Positions 42,075 through 56,509 of a stretch of 64,000 bases of DNA are shown piece by piece; the stretch's first letter is position 1; each line of letters begins with the position of its first letter. Both the position numbers and the translations under genes were made by a program. Location of the stretch: assembly GCF_009914755.1 (NCBI RefSeq), contig NC_060932.1; one strand, written 5' to 3'. The DNA is from the human T2T-CHM13v2.0 reference genome, Homo sapiens. The notes beneath the pieces are model-generated. The model made no database searches. It worked only from the letters and a program-made list of their open reading frames with translations, and was not told the DNA's origin.

Positions 42075-43790
42075 GGGTTTAATAGCAGGTTAAAGAGAGA
42101 TGAAGAGAGAATTCATTAATTGGAAGATAGAACAGAAAAAAATATCTAGACTGAAGCTGCAGAGTAAATGGAGAGATAATACACAGCATAAATTCAAAGA
42201 TCTAACATACATTTAACTGGATTCCCCAAAAGAAAGGAGAAACAGAACAGGACTGATGCAATATTTTAAGAAATAATGACTAAAAACTTTCCAAAATTGA
42301 CAAAAGACATCAAGACTCAGATTCAAGAAGTACTACAAACCTAAGCCTGGTAAACATTAAGAAAAACACACCTATGAACATCATAGTGAAAATGAAAGTC
42401 AAAGACAAAGACAAAAGTCTGCGGGGTGAGTGGATTATCTGCTTTCAGAGTCAAGGTTTTCCGGCTTGGGTAGCCAGGTGTCACGGCCCAGTGTCCACCT
42501 GCAGCTGCTTTCTGTGTCAGTCCTCTGCACCGCCAAGGTCATAGAGGTGGTTGGTGTGGGTAGTGGGACACTCCAAGGAGCCACATGCCAGCCGCACCAT
42601 GGTCCACCTCACTACTCTCCTCTGCAAGGCCTACCATGGGGGCCACTTAACCATCTGCCTTGCCCTGGGCAGCTTTGCCAACCGGCCCTTTTACACCATT
42701 GTGGCTGCTCACAGCAAGTGTCCCAGGGATGGTCTTTTGGTAGAGCAGCTGGGATCCTATGATTCATTTCCCAACAGTCATGGGGAAAATCTCATTGCCC
42801 TCAACCTGGACAGGATCCAGCATTGGATTGGCTGTGCTACCCACCTCTTTTAAACCTATGGAAAAGCTTCTGGTTCTTGCTGGCTTTTTCCCTCTGCATC
42901 GTAAGATGATCACAAATGCTGAGAGACTGTGAAGGAAATAGGCACATGAAGTCCTCTTACTTTCTCAGAAAACAGATGCAGAGGCTACAGAAACATAAGT
43001 GAGCCGACTTCAGTGAGCATAGGGTGGGAACAAGGTCAAGGTCCTCTTAAAACACCATGCAGAGATTTTAGTTTTGTTAGACTTGGGGGTCAATAAATGG
43101 AGTGTCCTGAGTCACCCTTGTTCTTCTGGCCTGGCCTGCACAGGGCCTAGGGAGAGATTTTTTCTTGTGTGAACAGAGCTGGATCTATGTACTAATTAGG
43201 TTTTTTCAGACTTTGTCTTGGTAAAGACAGTGGCTACGGGAGGATTGGATATTTGAGTTGAGCTCTGGGTCTCTTGGACAACTTTACAATCTACTGGCTT
43301 CCAAGACTTCCTGCTCCAAAGCCCCCAGCCAGACTGTTCATGGCCCATTCCAAATCTTCATGTTCATCCCACAGGTGCAAAGAACAGTTGCCTTTCTTAT
43401 TGATTTTGTAATTGGAGAATTATATTGTCTTCCTTAACACATATTTGCAAATATATAAAGGTAGATTGCTTTTGGGCTGTAATAACCTAACTTTTAAGAA
43501 TGAGAAACTGCTGGGCTTAAGGGAGTTCATGATGAATCAAGATTGAACCATTCAAATGTGTCTGCAGTTTCTCCATGTATGATAGATAGGATCCTTCTGA
43601 GGATACTGGAATAGGGAATTATGACACCAAGCTGATTCAACTGTAAACCTTATTCTTGTACTTTTCTTTCTTGCTGGTAATTTTATGGAGCAGGTTAAGA
43701 AAGCTGTTCTATGTTAGGATAGATTGTATACTAATTTAAAAAAAAAGAAAAGAAAAAATCTTAAAGCAACCCAAGAGGGAAAAATAATCA
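42075..43790 (+). mobile_element. Old L1M ORF1 remnant split by the MRPS16 retrocopy
   Basis: AAATAATGACTAAAAACTTTCCAAAATTGA...CAGATTCAAGAAG; resumes as AAAATCTTAAAGCAACC after the retrocopy. Confidence 0.65.
42421..43745 (+). pseudogene. MRPS16: Processed pseudogene of MRPS16 (mitoribosomal protein bS16m)
   Basis: ATG at 42599 gives [19 protein letters not shown]...[10 protein letters not shown]; 1-bp insertion causes TAA at 42851; later TGA/TAG stops; native stop 42996-42998; 5'UTR, 3'UTR and A tail; degenerate TSD AAAGACAAAAGTCT / AAAGAAAAAATCT; no introns. Confidence 0.96.
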
Positions 43791-43829
43791 AAGATTGTTT
43801 TTCTGTTTTCTCTGTGTTCTTAAAATTAA

Positions 43830-44540
43830 TAGGTGATTCCCATTTTAGTAATTGTTACCTCCACTCAGTTGCCTGTGCCTAAAATGCGCATGATGTCTCT
43901 CTTTATCTCATTTATATATCCAATTGATCAAAATTCCTTTCTTCTTTGGCTCTAAAATATGTCTCAAGCATATATTTTTTCTATTGTGACCACAACCACC
44001 AACTCTTATCTACCATCATCTCTATTTTGTATCAGTGAAATAGTTCCCAAGTGGTTTTGTCTGCTTTTATTCTACCTCCTCCAATCCGTTCTTCATATCA
44101 CAGCCAGAGAAATCCTTTTTAAATGCTAATATAATCTTGTCACCTTCCTAATGACTACCTATCAGTAGTTTCCAAATACTTTTAGGGCAAAAATCAAAAT
44201 CTTTACCACGTTCTACTAATTCAATCCGATACCTGCCTGCCTCAACAGATTCAGCTTCCTCTGCTCTTGTCAGCTCTCCAGACCTTCTTTGAGACACAGA
44301 AATGTAAAGTGCATCTTCCCACTTTAGAATATTTGTACAGAGAGACCAGATAGCATAGCAGTTAAGAGTATAAATCCTGAAGTCATACTGGAGTCAGAGT
44401 ATGAGTCTGGATTTGTACCCATTACCTACAAGTTGTAAGTTGTTTAACTTTTCTATGCCTTAGTTACATCATCTGTTAATGCACATTTTTGAAAGTGCCT
44501 ACTTTGTGGGTTATTGTGAAAATTAATATACATATATTCT
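43830..44540 (+). mobile_element. L2 remnant followed by a MIR
   Basis: CACAGCCAGAGAAATCCTTTTTAAATGC (L2); AGCATAGCAGTTAAGAG...TTAACTTTTCTATGCCTTAGTT (MIR). Confidence 0.65.
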
Positions 44541-46473
44541 TGTCATTCTTGTTTTGTTGTGCTTCACTTTATTGCAGGTATTAGTCTGTTTTCACACTGC
44601 AATAAAAAATACCTGAGACTGGGTAATTTATAAAGGAAATAATTTTAATTGACTCATGGTTCCACATAGCTGGGGTGGCCTCAGGAAACTTACAATCATG
44701 GCAAAAAGGGGAAACAAACATGTCCTTCTTCACAAGGCAGCAGGGGAGAGGAGTGCAAGTGAAGGGGGAAGAGCCCCTTATAAAACCATCAGATCTCATG
44801 AGAGCTCACTATTTTGAGAACAGCATGGGGAAAAGTGTCCCCATGATTCAATTACCTCCACCTGGTCTCTCCCTTGACATGTGGGGATTATGGGAGTTAT
44901 GGGAATTACAATTCAAGATGAGAATTTGGGTGGGGACAAAACAAAACCATATAATTGCACTTAGCAGATATGGCATTTTTTACAGATTGAATGTTTGTGT
45001 CAACTTTGCTTTGAGCATCTCTATTGGTGCCATTTGTTTTCCAATAACATGTGCTCTCTTTGTGTCTCTGTGTAACATTTTGGTAACTCTCACGATAGTT
45101 CAAACTTATTACTATTATTATATTTGTTATGGTGGTCTGTAATGAGTGATCCTTTTGTAATTGTTTTAGGGCAACACAAACTTCTCCCATATAAGACAGC
45201 AAATTTAATCAATAAATGTTGTGTGTGTTCTGACTGATCCACAGAGCAGCCCTTCCTTCATTTCTTTCACTCTCCTTGGACCTCCCTATTCCCTGAAACA
45301 CAACAATATTGAAATTAGGCCAATTAATTACACTACAATGGCCTCGAATTGTTCAACTGAAAGAGTCACACAGTTCTCACTTTAAATCAAATGCTAGAAA
45401 TGATTAGGTTTGGTGAGGAAGTTACATCAAAAGCTGAGATAGGCTAAAAGCTAGGCTTCTTTTACCAAACAGCCGATTTGTGAATGCAAACAAAAAGTTC
45501 TTGAAGAAAATTAAAAGTGCTACTTTAGTGAACATATGAATAATAAGAAAGTGAAACAGCCTGAATAATCATATGGAGAAAGTTTTAGTGGTCTGGATAG
45601 AAGATCAAATCAGCCATAACATTCCTTAAAGTCAAAGCCTAATCTAGAGTAAGGCCCTAATTCTCTTCAATTCTGTGAAGGCTGAGAGATGTGAAGAAGT
45701 TGCAGAAGAAACATTTGAAGATAGCAGAACCTGGTTCATAAAGTTTAAGAAGCTTCATAACATAAAAGTGCAGAGTGAAACATCAAGTGCTGATGGAGAA
45801 GCTGCAGCAAGCTATAGAGAAGATACAGCTAAGATCATTAATGAAGGCAGCTACCCAAGACAAGATTTTCTATGTAGACAGAACAGCTTTATAATGGAAG
45901 AAGATGCCATCTAAGGCTCTCATAACTAGAGAAAAGTCAATGCCTGGCTTCAAAGCTTCAAAAGATAGGCTGACTGTCTTGTGAAGGGCTGATGTAGTTG
46001 ATGACTTTAAGTTTAAGTCATTTACTATTCTGAAAACCCTAGGGTCTTTCAGAGTGATGCTAAACTACTCTGCCTGTGCTCTCTAAATGGATCAACAAAG
46101 CCTGGATGATGGTACATCTGTTTACAGCATAGTTTACTGGATATTTTTAGCCCACTGTTTAGACCTAATGCTCAGAAAAAAAAAAAAGTACTTTCAAAAT
46201 ATTACTACTCACTGACAAAGCATGTGGTCATCCAACAGCTCTGATTGAGATGTACAAGGAGGCTGATGTTATATTCACACCTGCTATCCAACATCTACTC
46301 TGCAGTGCATGGATCAAGGAATCATTTTGACTTCCGAGTCTAATTATTTAAAAAATACATTTTGTAAGGTTAGAGCTGCCATAGATAGTGATTCGTCTGA
46401 TGGATCTGGGCAAAGTAAATTGAATACCCTCTGGAAAGGATTCACCATTTTAGATACCATTAAGAACATCTAT
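44541..46473 (+). mobile_element. Tigger1 DNA transposon, 3'-truncated, with decayed pogo-like transposase
   Basis: Tigger1 5' sequence; ORF fragments ...[17 protein letters not shown]... (45675-45914) and MDQGII...WKGFTILD (46309-46527). Confidence 0.9.
44577..44954 (-). mobile_element. THE1C/D MaLR solo LTR inside Tigger1
   Basis: 5-bp TSD TTGCA at 44572-44576 and 44955-44959; CTTATAAAACCATCAGATCTCATGAGA motif. Confidence 0.9.
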
Positions 46474-46654
46474 GACATTTTTAGATGGGACATTTTACCT
46501 GTGTTTTGGAGGATGAACATGTGTTAATTTGGTGAAGAAGATTAAAGATGGAGTGGCAAACATTCCAGACAGAGGAAAAAGAATAACTAAGGGCTTACAT
46601 TAATTGAGCACTTACTATGTACCAAGATGTGTGCTAAGTGCCATATGGCACATT

Positions 46655-46972
<318 letters not shown>

Positions 46973-46984
46973 CCAGCCACTAAT

Positions 46985-48290
46985 TTTTGATATGATGATT
47001 CTAAAGTTCATCAAACAATAGATAAGAATAATACAGAATTTTTTTAAGTGACTAATTCAAAGGGATTTGCTTTAACCGATATTAAAACATACTTATTAAG
47101 CTCCAAAGACTAAAACAATATTATGTCATCAAGTAGAATCTACAGATAGGTGGCTGGAATGGGACAGCCATAAATTAGGTATTTTCATGTACAGATGCAA
47201 TAATTTAATATTTAACAAAAAAAAATCAGAAGCCTGTAGGGGGAGATAAATTATTTAACAAATTATACTGCAAAAATTGGCTATTTGTGAAAAATGTCAA
47301 TATGGATTCTCAACATAATAATGAATTCCAGTATACCAGAGTTAAATGTAAAACATAATCAAACCACAAAAAACTAGTTTATATACTCATTTAAACAGCA
47401 CATATACTAAAATTGAAACACTATGAATATTTGATGTACAAATATTTTAATCATTCTTCTGAAAATCAAAATACTTTAAAAAATGTATATATAAATAATC
47501 AATTGTCTTACAGTACATAAAGGCAATGCAAAAAAACGAAAGTAGCAAAGGCCAATGAATTTCCCTGAATAAAAATTTAAACACTTATATGTTAAAGAAA
47601 TTATAAATAAAACTGAAATTGGGAACATTTACAAAAATTAATTTGATTAGAATTTAATGTTCTCAATATATAAAGATGATGTAAGAAGTAATAAGACATA
47701 CTTTTACACTCCAGTAGATAAGTAAAGAAAATGAATAGATAATTCTTAGAAGGAATTTAAAAAAACCTGTAATACTCAAAGGAATATTGAAATACCATTC
47801 TCTAAATATCAAATCGTCAAGATTTATAAAAGTAATGATACCCATTGTTGGTGAGGAGGCAGTGAAGCAAGCACACTCATAGGCTAGTAGTAAGGTTTTA
47901 AATTAATACAATCTTTTTAGAAAGTAATAAGATAATATGCATTAAGAGTGGAAAGATTCTAAGGTAGAGTGAGTTAGAAAAAACAGAAAAGGGGTGGAAA
48001 GAGCCTTTTGGCTTATAAGCCATTTTGAAAATTCTATTCATGAATACTAATTAAGGTAATAGCAAATTACATATATAATTAAAAATTAAATATGAATAAC
48101 AGAATAAAACTGTATATGTATTATAGTTACAAATCTATTATATGCACAAAATATACAAAAAATAATACGCCAAAATATTAGCAGTAGTTAGCCCTAGGTG
48201 ATGTGATTAAGAGTAATTTACTTTTCCATTTTTTATATTTCTTTGTGTTTCCAACTTTTTTGCCATGCTTCTGTAATCAGGAAAAATTAC
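46985..48290 (+). mobile_element. Ancient L1ME-like remnant
   Basis: A-rich degenerate ORF2 and 3'UTR (CCAAAATATTAGCAGTAGTTA...ATTTACTTTT). Confidence 0.55.
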
Positions 48291-48611
48291 TTCACAAAAT
48301 AGCAAAAGCAAAGTCATGTTAAAATAAACCAATCATTGCTCACTTGTGAGAGTCTGGCATGCATCATGTTGTCTTATTCATCTTGTGGGTCTTATTTATA
48401 TAGAAAAGGACTGAATCTATGCCTATGCCTTGAAAAGCATCAAGCATACTATAAGGTATTCATGCATATTAAATAATTATTTAAAGTGAGAGACTATAAC
48501 AAGCAGGTGAGAGCCTGAATTTATTGATTCAAAAGCAGAAATAATTATGAGGTTTTAAGTGTCTCTCAATTCTGTAGATATGTTTATTGTAGTATGGTAA
48601 ATCTCTCAATT

Positions 48612-49600
48612 ACATCATGTGCCACATAACTTTTTGGTCTTGATAGGCCGTATATATCAAGGTGGACCCAACTTTTTGGTCTTGATAGGCCATATATATC
48701 AAGGTGAACCCATAAGATTATAATGGAGCTGAAAAATTTCTATCACCTAGTGACATCGTAGCCATTTTTAGGTTGTGGTGCCATGCATTACTCATGTTCG
48801 TGGTGATGCTGGCATAAACAAACCTACTGCATTGCTAATCATGTAAAAGTATAGCACATACAATTATGTACAATACATAATACTTGATAATGATAATAAA
48901 GGACCACGTTATTGGTTTATGTATTTACTACTTTATGCTTTTAATCATTATTTTAGAGTGCACTCCTACATAGTAAAAAAGAAAAGTTAACTGTAAAGCA
49001 GCCTCAGGCAGATCCTTCAGGGGATATTCCAGTAGAAGGCATTGTTATAGGCGATTCATAGGAGATGACAGCTCCACGCATGTTATTGCTCCTGAAGACC
49101 TTCCAGTGGGACAAGATTGGAGGTGGAAGACACTGATCTTGTTGATTCTGACTCTATGCAGACCCAGGTTAATGTGTGCACTTGTGTTTTATGTTTTTAA
49201 CAAAAAGGTTAGAAAAATTAAAAATCAAAAAGAGCTTATAAAATTAGATTATAAAGAAATAAAATATTTTTGTACAGCTGAAAAATGTGTTTATGTTTTA
49301 AGCTAAGTATTAACAGAAAAGAGTCAAAAAGTTAAAAAAAAGCTCATGAAGTAAAAGTTACAGTAAGCTAAGCTTAATTTATTATTGAAGAAAGAAACAT
49401 ATTTTATAAATTTAGTATGGCCTAAATGCAGTGTTTATAAAGTCTACAGTAGTGTACAGTAATGTGCTAGGCTTACACTTTCATTTACCACTCACTCACT
49501 GACTCACCCAGAGCAACTTCCAGTCTTGAAAGCTCCATTCATGGTAAGTGGCCTATACAGGTATACCTTTTTCTTATTAACTTTTATACTGTATTTTTGT
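48612..49600 (+). mobile_element. Tigger3 (Golem) derivative lacking its 3' end
   Basis: CCCATAAGATTATAATGGAGCTGAAAAATT...CCTGAAGACCTTCCAGTGGGACAAGA...CACCCAGAGCAACTTCCAGTC. Confidence 0.85.
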
Positions 49601-50112
49601 TGTCACAGGATGAGATAGGAGGTCAGCACAAGACACAGGTCACAAAGACCATGCTGATAAAACAGCGTGCAGTAAAGAAGCTGGCCAAAACCCACCAAAA
49701 ACAAGATGGCAATGAAAGTGACCTCTGGCCATCTCTACTGTTCATTATATGCTAATTATAACGCATTAGCATGTTAAAAGACACTACCACCAGCCCCTTG
49801 ACAGTTTACAAATGCCATGGGAAATTTTCAGAAGTTACCCAAAAGGAGGAACCCTCAGTTTCTGGAAATTCCCATCCTTTTCTCAGAAAACTCATGAATA
49901 ATCCACCCTTTATTTAGCATATAACCAAGAAATAACTATAAGTACACTCAGTAGAGCAGCCCATGCTGCTGCTCTATGGAGGAGTCATTCTTTCATTCCT
50001 TTGCTTTCCCAATAAACTTGCTTTCACTTTATGGACTTGCCCCAAATTCTATATTATGTGAGGTCCATGAACCCTCTTTTGGGGTCTGAATCGGGACCCC
50101 TTTCCAGTAACA
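49601..50112 (+). mobile_element. MER41B-like ERV1 LTR lacking about the first 100 bp
   Basis: GTCACAGGATGAGATAGGAGGTC...CAAGATGGC...GGGACCCCTTTCCAGTAACA; GAS-motif region present. Confidence 0.85.
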
Positions 50113-50803
50113 GTGAGTTCCCCTAATTCCATGTGTTTTTATTTGTGATACAGTTTTATTAGTAATACAATTATTTTTCTTACATTTAATATATCACGTT
50201 TATATTTTAAAAATGAATATACAGTAAATGAGCACACAAAACAACTCCATTAAATGTGTATTTTTCACTTCTCTAATAGTTTCTTCTTGAAAATGCAAGA
50301 TAATTAGATCCAATTCTGCAGAGGGTAATTCATACCTAGCAAAATATAACAAAGTGTACATTTTTGTTTCCTAGGTAATATTTGTTTTTCACAGACCTTC
50401 AATCCTTACCTCCTCCTATCCTGTGAATTTTTTCAGTTTCCCTTCTAACTCCTAAAGATTGTTGTACTATTTTTGGCCTCCATTTTTAATAATAGATCTA
50501 AGAAAAAAGCAAACAAGCAAAAACTGTCACCTAACTAAAGTCAAAATGAATGGTAGTGGTGAGTACTCCTATTTCTATTGCTATATTCGGCTTATTGTGT
50601 GATGTTTCCTCTGCCTTTTCCTATTGTCCAAACACACTTAGAGGAAAATGACTGGTGTTAAACTACTGTCTTATAACCTAATATTGATATAACATATAAG
50701 AAGATGAAAAGAAGAGTGTTAATAATGATGCCATAAAGAATATTAAGAAGAAAGAAAGGGCTCTCCCTACCAGGCCCCTTAAATAAAATCTCTTTTGTCT
50801 GAA

Positions 50804-51513
50804 TGATAGCAGCAGGAGGCAGAACAACCCTAAACAGACAGGGACGGGTCCCTGGTGAAACTCCACCTTCAAACCAGACAGTTTAAAGCCTGAAAGACAA
50901 GCTACAAGTCGAGTAAATCCACAGACTGGATTGAGAACTTCTCTTCCCATTTGGCGTGATTTCCTCGTATTGATCCTTACCTTTCACTTATTTTACACAT
51001 ACGTACCCTTCCGTAATTTGTATTTTACACTGTCATGCCTACCTTTGAGTGGTGCCTTTGTTTTACCCCTTTTTGCATACTCACAAACCAATTAGCACGC
51101 ACTCCCCCATTCTGAGCCCATGAAAGCCCTGGACTCAGCCACCCTGGGAAAGACCATCTGACTTCGAGTGGGGGTCCACCCTTGCATCCCCTCTCCTCTG
51201 AGAGCTGTTCTGTTGCTTAATAAAGCTCTTCTCCACCCTTCTCACCCTTCGATTGTCAGTGTAACCTCATTCTTCTTGGATGTGGAACAAGAACTTGGGA
51301 ACTGCTGAACACAGGTACCAGCTGTAACACAGGCAGGCTTGGGCACACCCAGCCCAGCTGCGGGCTAAGCCATGTGCAAATCACGTGTGGCCCAGCCGGT
51401 CGAGTGTGCAGGATGCCCCATGCGGCAGGCCCAGGGCTAAATAAGGCCCAGGTGGGGGCATCACCAGCTAAGGATTCTAGCTGGCAAAAGTGGCCAAGAG
51501 AAATACTGTGTTA
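50804..51513 (+). mobile_element. MER50-family ERV1 solo LTR
   Basis: Start TGATAGCAGCAGGAGGCAGA...GGGTCCCTGGTGAAACTCCACC; TSD TGAA/TGGA; internal AATAAA. Confidence 0.7.
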
Positions 51514-54475
51514 TGGAGAGCACAATAAAGAGTCTGCTGTGCAAAAGTGCCTATGAAGCTGAAGTTCTGGTTTCAGTAGAAATTCCCATATTGGCTAGTA
51601 ACCTGTGTGAACCTGACTTGTTTCACTTCTGTAGTTCCAACTAGCACTCACCCAGCTGTACTGATGTGCCTTTGGCAATATGAGCAGAAGGCTACATGAG
51701 GGTTTGAGTAGTGAAATATGACTAACCTGCCAATAAATCATCTCCACTGCTTTCAGAAACCTAGAGAACCACATAGTAGGCCTTTTTTTTTTTTTTTTCC
51801 TGCATGACTCTCATTTGGGGAATGATCACTAATGCCCATTCTGTAGATATGGGGTCAGTAACATTACACCAAATAGAAAATGTTAAATACAGAATTTCAT
51901 TTAGAATTAGCATTCTGTTAATTGCACATTTAAGTAATGGTTGATGGGAAGTTAGGTGCAAATTATTTAGTTGAGACGTATTTTACCCCAAGATTCATCT
52001 TAGCAAAGGCTAGCAACACTAGGGTTTTATTTTCACTGTTAATTCAACAAAGAGGAACCCAGGTAAAGAGATTAAAATATTTGCCACTTAAGTCTCTTGA
52101 AAAAATCAAGGATTGGAGATGGAAGAAAGAACACACAGTTAACTTAAGTAGTCAATTAAAACCCTGGTTAGAAACTTAATCTATTTTCCATTTTGCCACA
52201 ATATGGTTTAGAAGGTATAGCCTGGTAGTCACTGGGGTTGCAGGAAAGCACAGAGGCATACCAATGCACCTAGCCACTGCCAATATCTTTTTGCATGAAT
52301 TAATCAGTTGACTATGCAAACTAGATAATTTCATTGATTTATAATTTCTATAGTTTTAAAACATTCTCATTTTCATTCTGCCCAATCACTTGAAAAAAAA
52401 AAATTGTGTGCATATCTCTTTGAGCGTGTATAGTAGTGTAAACAAACTAGACCGAGAGAATTTGACTCTACCACATATTTTGCTTTATTGAAGTGACCAC
52501 AGACCAGAATAAAATTCAAAGACTGTAACATATTTGACATTTGCAAAACTAAAAGGTATTGTGATGTTTATTTGAGGCTCATAAAGGATAAATGAAATAT
52601 GCATGGAAAGGTGCTATAAATTCTTGCCATGTAATCTCTCATGGTCTTTAAATAATTATTAAGTTTTTATGCTAGCTGTTGCCTAAGGAGGTTATAAAGA
52701 GATTTTTGTCACTTCACTATTTTTTTCTTTGTCTAAAGAACAAAAATGTATTTTTCTAAAAAAATGCACATGAGAACACCAGAAGGAACTATTTTACCCT
52801 TAAGTGATTTAACCTTTTAACTCAGGCTGTGTTAAAATGTAAAGAATAGTGTGTGATCTGTTTCCATTTCCCCCAAGTTTTGTCTCAATTTGTTCACAAA
52901 TTCATATGAAGGGACAAAGTCAACTCTATGAACATCGTTCAAGTCACATCTTCACAGTGGCTAAAAGGGGTGTACAAGTGAGGAAAAAAATTAGCCCTCA
53001 TTGACTGCCAAAAGTCTCTTCTGTATTGTAAAAAAAAAATTTAATTGCATTCACTGATGACAAGTGTGGGTGCATTTGGCAGACAAGGGGAAAGGACTTT
53101 GCTATGTATCTGCTGTTTGAAAATTCTTCTCATTCTGCTAACACTTTTCCTCTTCATGTCATCAAAAATAATTTTTTACTGATTATGTTGACACCCTCAT
53201 AATGCCAGAATTTTTCTTACATCTCAGATGTAACTGTCTGTCATGATCTACATTCAAGTGTGTTGTCTTTTTTTAATATAGCATATATATAAAAAATACT
53301 TTTGAAACTACCAAGTTCAAGTTTTACTTTGCTTTATGAAGACTAGTTCATATCTACACAAGAATGGATAGGCAACACATTCATTTTCAACCTTCAGAAA
53401 CTAATTTTATCTTTCCTTTCAGTCTTAAAGCATATTAAGCCATGTTAGCTTACAACACAAAGTAGTGTAAAATGAGACTATTTTAGAAGGTGAATTACTT
53501 TTGTCATTTCACTTGTGAAATGGTTTCTTTCAGGATATTTTTAATTTAAAAGAGATATAATCTGCCAACAATAAAAATGGGAAAAATAAAAATTCACTCT
53601 ACGTTCTCTTATATAATAATTGTGTTCTTGAAAATGTACTTGGAAACCACATCATATTTTTTCATTGACTTCTTTTATACTTGAAAGATGTGTTCAGGCT
53701 CTTTTGCAAACCATATATTCAAAAGCATCTTTTTGGAACAACTCTTGATTTTATAATATTGCTGGTATCTCTATCTTTCACTAACTGGCCTCTTCTTAAA
53801 CCTTTTTTTATTACTGGTGATAAAAAAGTATGATTTCTTCTTTAGATTGTAGCATATGATTTCTGCAGCTTCTGCAAATAATCCCCCTTCTCCTTTCTTG
53901 ACTTCTAATAGAATTTAATGGAAGACTCTAACAGATAATCTCATGATAAATTGGAAATAGAAGGTTAATAATTTTTGTGCCTTTTTGCTTTCTGAACTAC
54001 ATTCAACTGAAGATCTTTCTGCTCAGAAAAATAATCAACTATCCAAAATAACTAGGAATTAAGATGTAAAAAAAAAAAAGACAGATTGAAGCATAAAAGA
54101 GACAGGACAAAAGCAAAATATCAAGGAATAGGATTAAATCAATAAAAAGCCTGAGGGAGAAATGTATATTTTTTTCATAACCAACCATGTTAAAGGAAAA
54201 CTACTAGAACAACATAGTGTCTCGTAGAATCTGTTTAAAGTATGCCCACTGAATCATTACATTTATATGTTGTCATAGATATACATATGATAGATATGTC
54301 TATGATAGTCTATGTAGATATATCATAGACTACATATGTAGTCATAGATGTATCTAGTAATCATCACTACAAGTAGCAAATATATCAAACAGATGCTGAA
54401 TAAGATTTTCCATGGCATTGACATGTTGCTTGGTCAGTTTTCTCATCAAGAATTTCAGAAACACAGATGCTCTAG

Positions 54476-54852
<377 letters not shown>

Positions 54853-56509
54853 AAGTGCTTTTTTAATATTGCTTAGTCCTGGTTGGGTATAATCAAGAAA
54901 AACATCAGAGACCAAAGAAAAAGAGGGTTTCATTGAAGGAAATGTGATAAAAATGCTATAATACATCTCTGTCCTGGAGGCACTTGCTATCTAGATAGGT
55001 AGCATAATCATACTCAAAGAAAATACATTATTTAACAAAAATGTACAGCTACAAAATACAAAGTAAATACTTATAATACCATTGGGAGGGAGAGATAAAG
55101 AAAATTAATTTATTCACATCAATAGGAATATCAAAATACAAGAACTTTCCACTCATATACTTGTTCACCAAATAATCTTACTTAAATCTGATTTTAATTT
55201 AAACATTTTTTCTAATATACATTAATATTAGAGTTTCACCTTGCATTCTTCATTTGCAATGTTAATTATTTATTTTTCACTTATTGGAACACTATGCCCT
55301 CATAATCAAGTAATCTGTTGGTAAGTTTCACTATTTATTTCTGAAATCAGTGGATTGGCCTTATGTTTATCAGTTCTTCACGTGAGAAAGAGGAGATTGT
55401 TGGCAAAATCAAATAAAATACAGTGGCTCTGAGCCTCTACCTACTTCATTCAGGACCTTAACATTTGCTGTCTCTTCTCTTCCTCATTAACTGTGGAAAT
55501 CACAAAGGGGAGTGCTTAAAAGTGGTCTTTGAGCTACTGTCACCGCATGGGGTATTTGCGGCAGTTTTTTTCTCTCTTGTTTCAGTTTCTACTTTGTTGT
55601 GTCCACTGTATGAAGAGTGGCTTGAGTTATTCCCACCATTGCCAGTGCACCTCCTGTGTGAAGACAAATACCCACACCAGGATTAGAAGGGGGAAATCTA
55701 CTGAAATGGCAGTGGGGAGGGATGGAAAGAACATACCCAGGAAGGCTGGAGAAGAGGCAGAAGATGAAAGCGGAGCCTGTATCCTGTCTCAAGTGAGGAG
55801 ACAGGTTTATGAGATGGAGAGAGCACAGAAGGTGTTTTGAGAGAATTGTATTGTGCATGGGAGACCAAGAGTCACTGAAAACAACTCAAATTTTTGTTGT
55901 AATTTCTAAAAGAATGTTAAGGGGATACCTATTTTTAACCCATGTCAACATTTCTTAAATTTCTCTTTCTCAGAGCATTTCTTTTTTTTATTGAGGATAA
56001 CAATCTTTTGTCACATAGATGTTGTAAATATGTTTACATGAGTTTTATATGATATAAGCATACCTTAATTGTATCATATGAAATTGTTTATATTCATAAG
56101 TTTTATAATTTTTGATAATCAAACCTTTTAATTTTCTATTATATTTTAGTATGAAGCTTACAAATATGTTCCTTTTGCCAAAATTTATGTAAATATTTGC
56201 CCATATATTTCTAGTTCTTCTACTATTTCATGTTTATGCTTAATTCTTTAATCAGTTGATTTTACCCATCTCACAGTCATTCATAAGGTAACCCAATATT
56301 TCTTACAATTTTAAAAATTACTTTTATTACATACTAAAGATTTAAACACTCTAAACTGTATTTGGAGGATTATATTCTGCTTCTCTAACCAATCATTTAT
56401 TTTAGTACATGTATAATATTCGATTAATTTTTGTAGTTTTATAATATGTTATTTGGTGAAATAAACCCTCCTCAATCATTATTATTCCTCTCAACTTTTT
56501 CTTGTCCTT

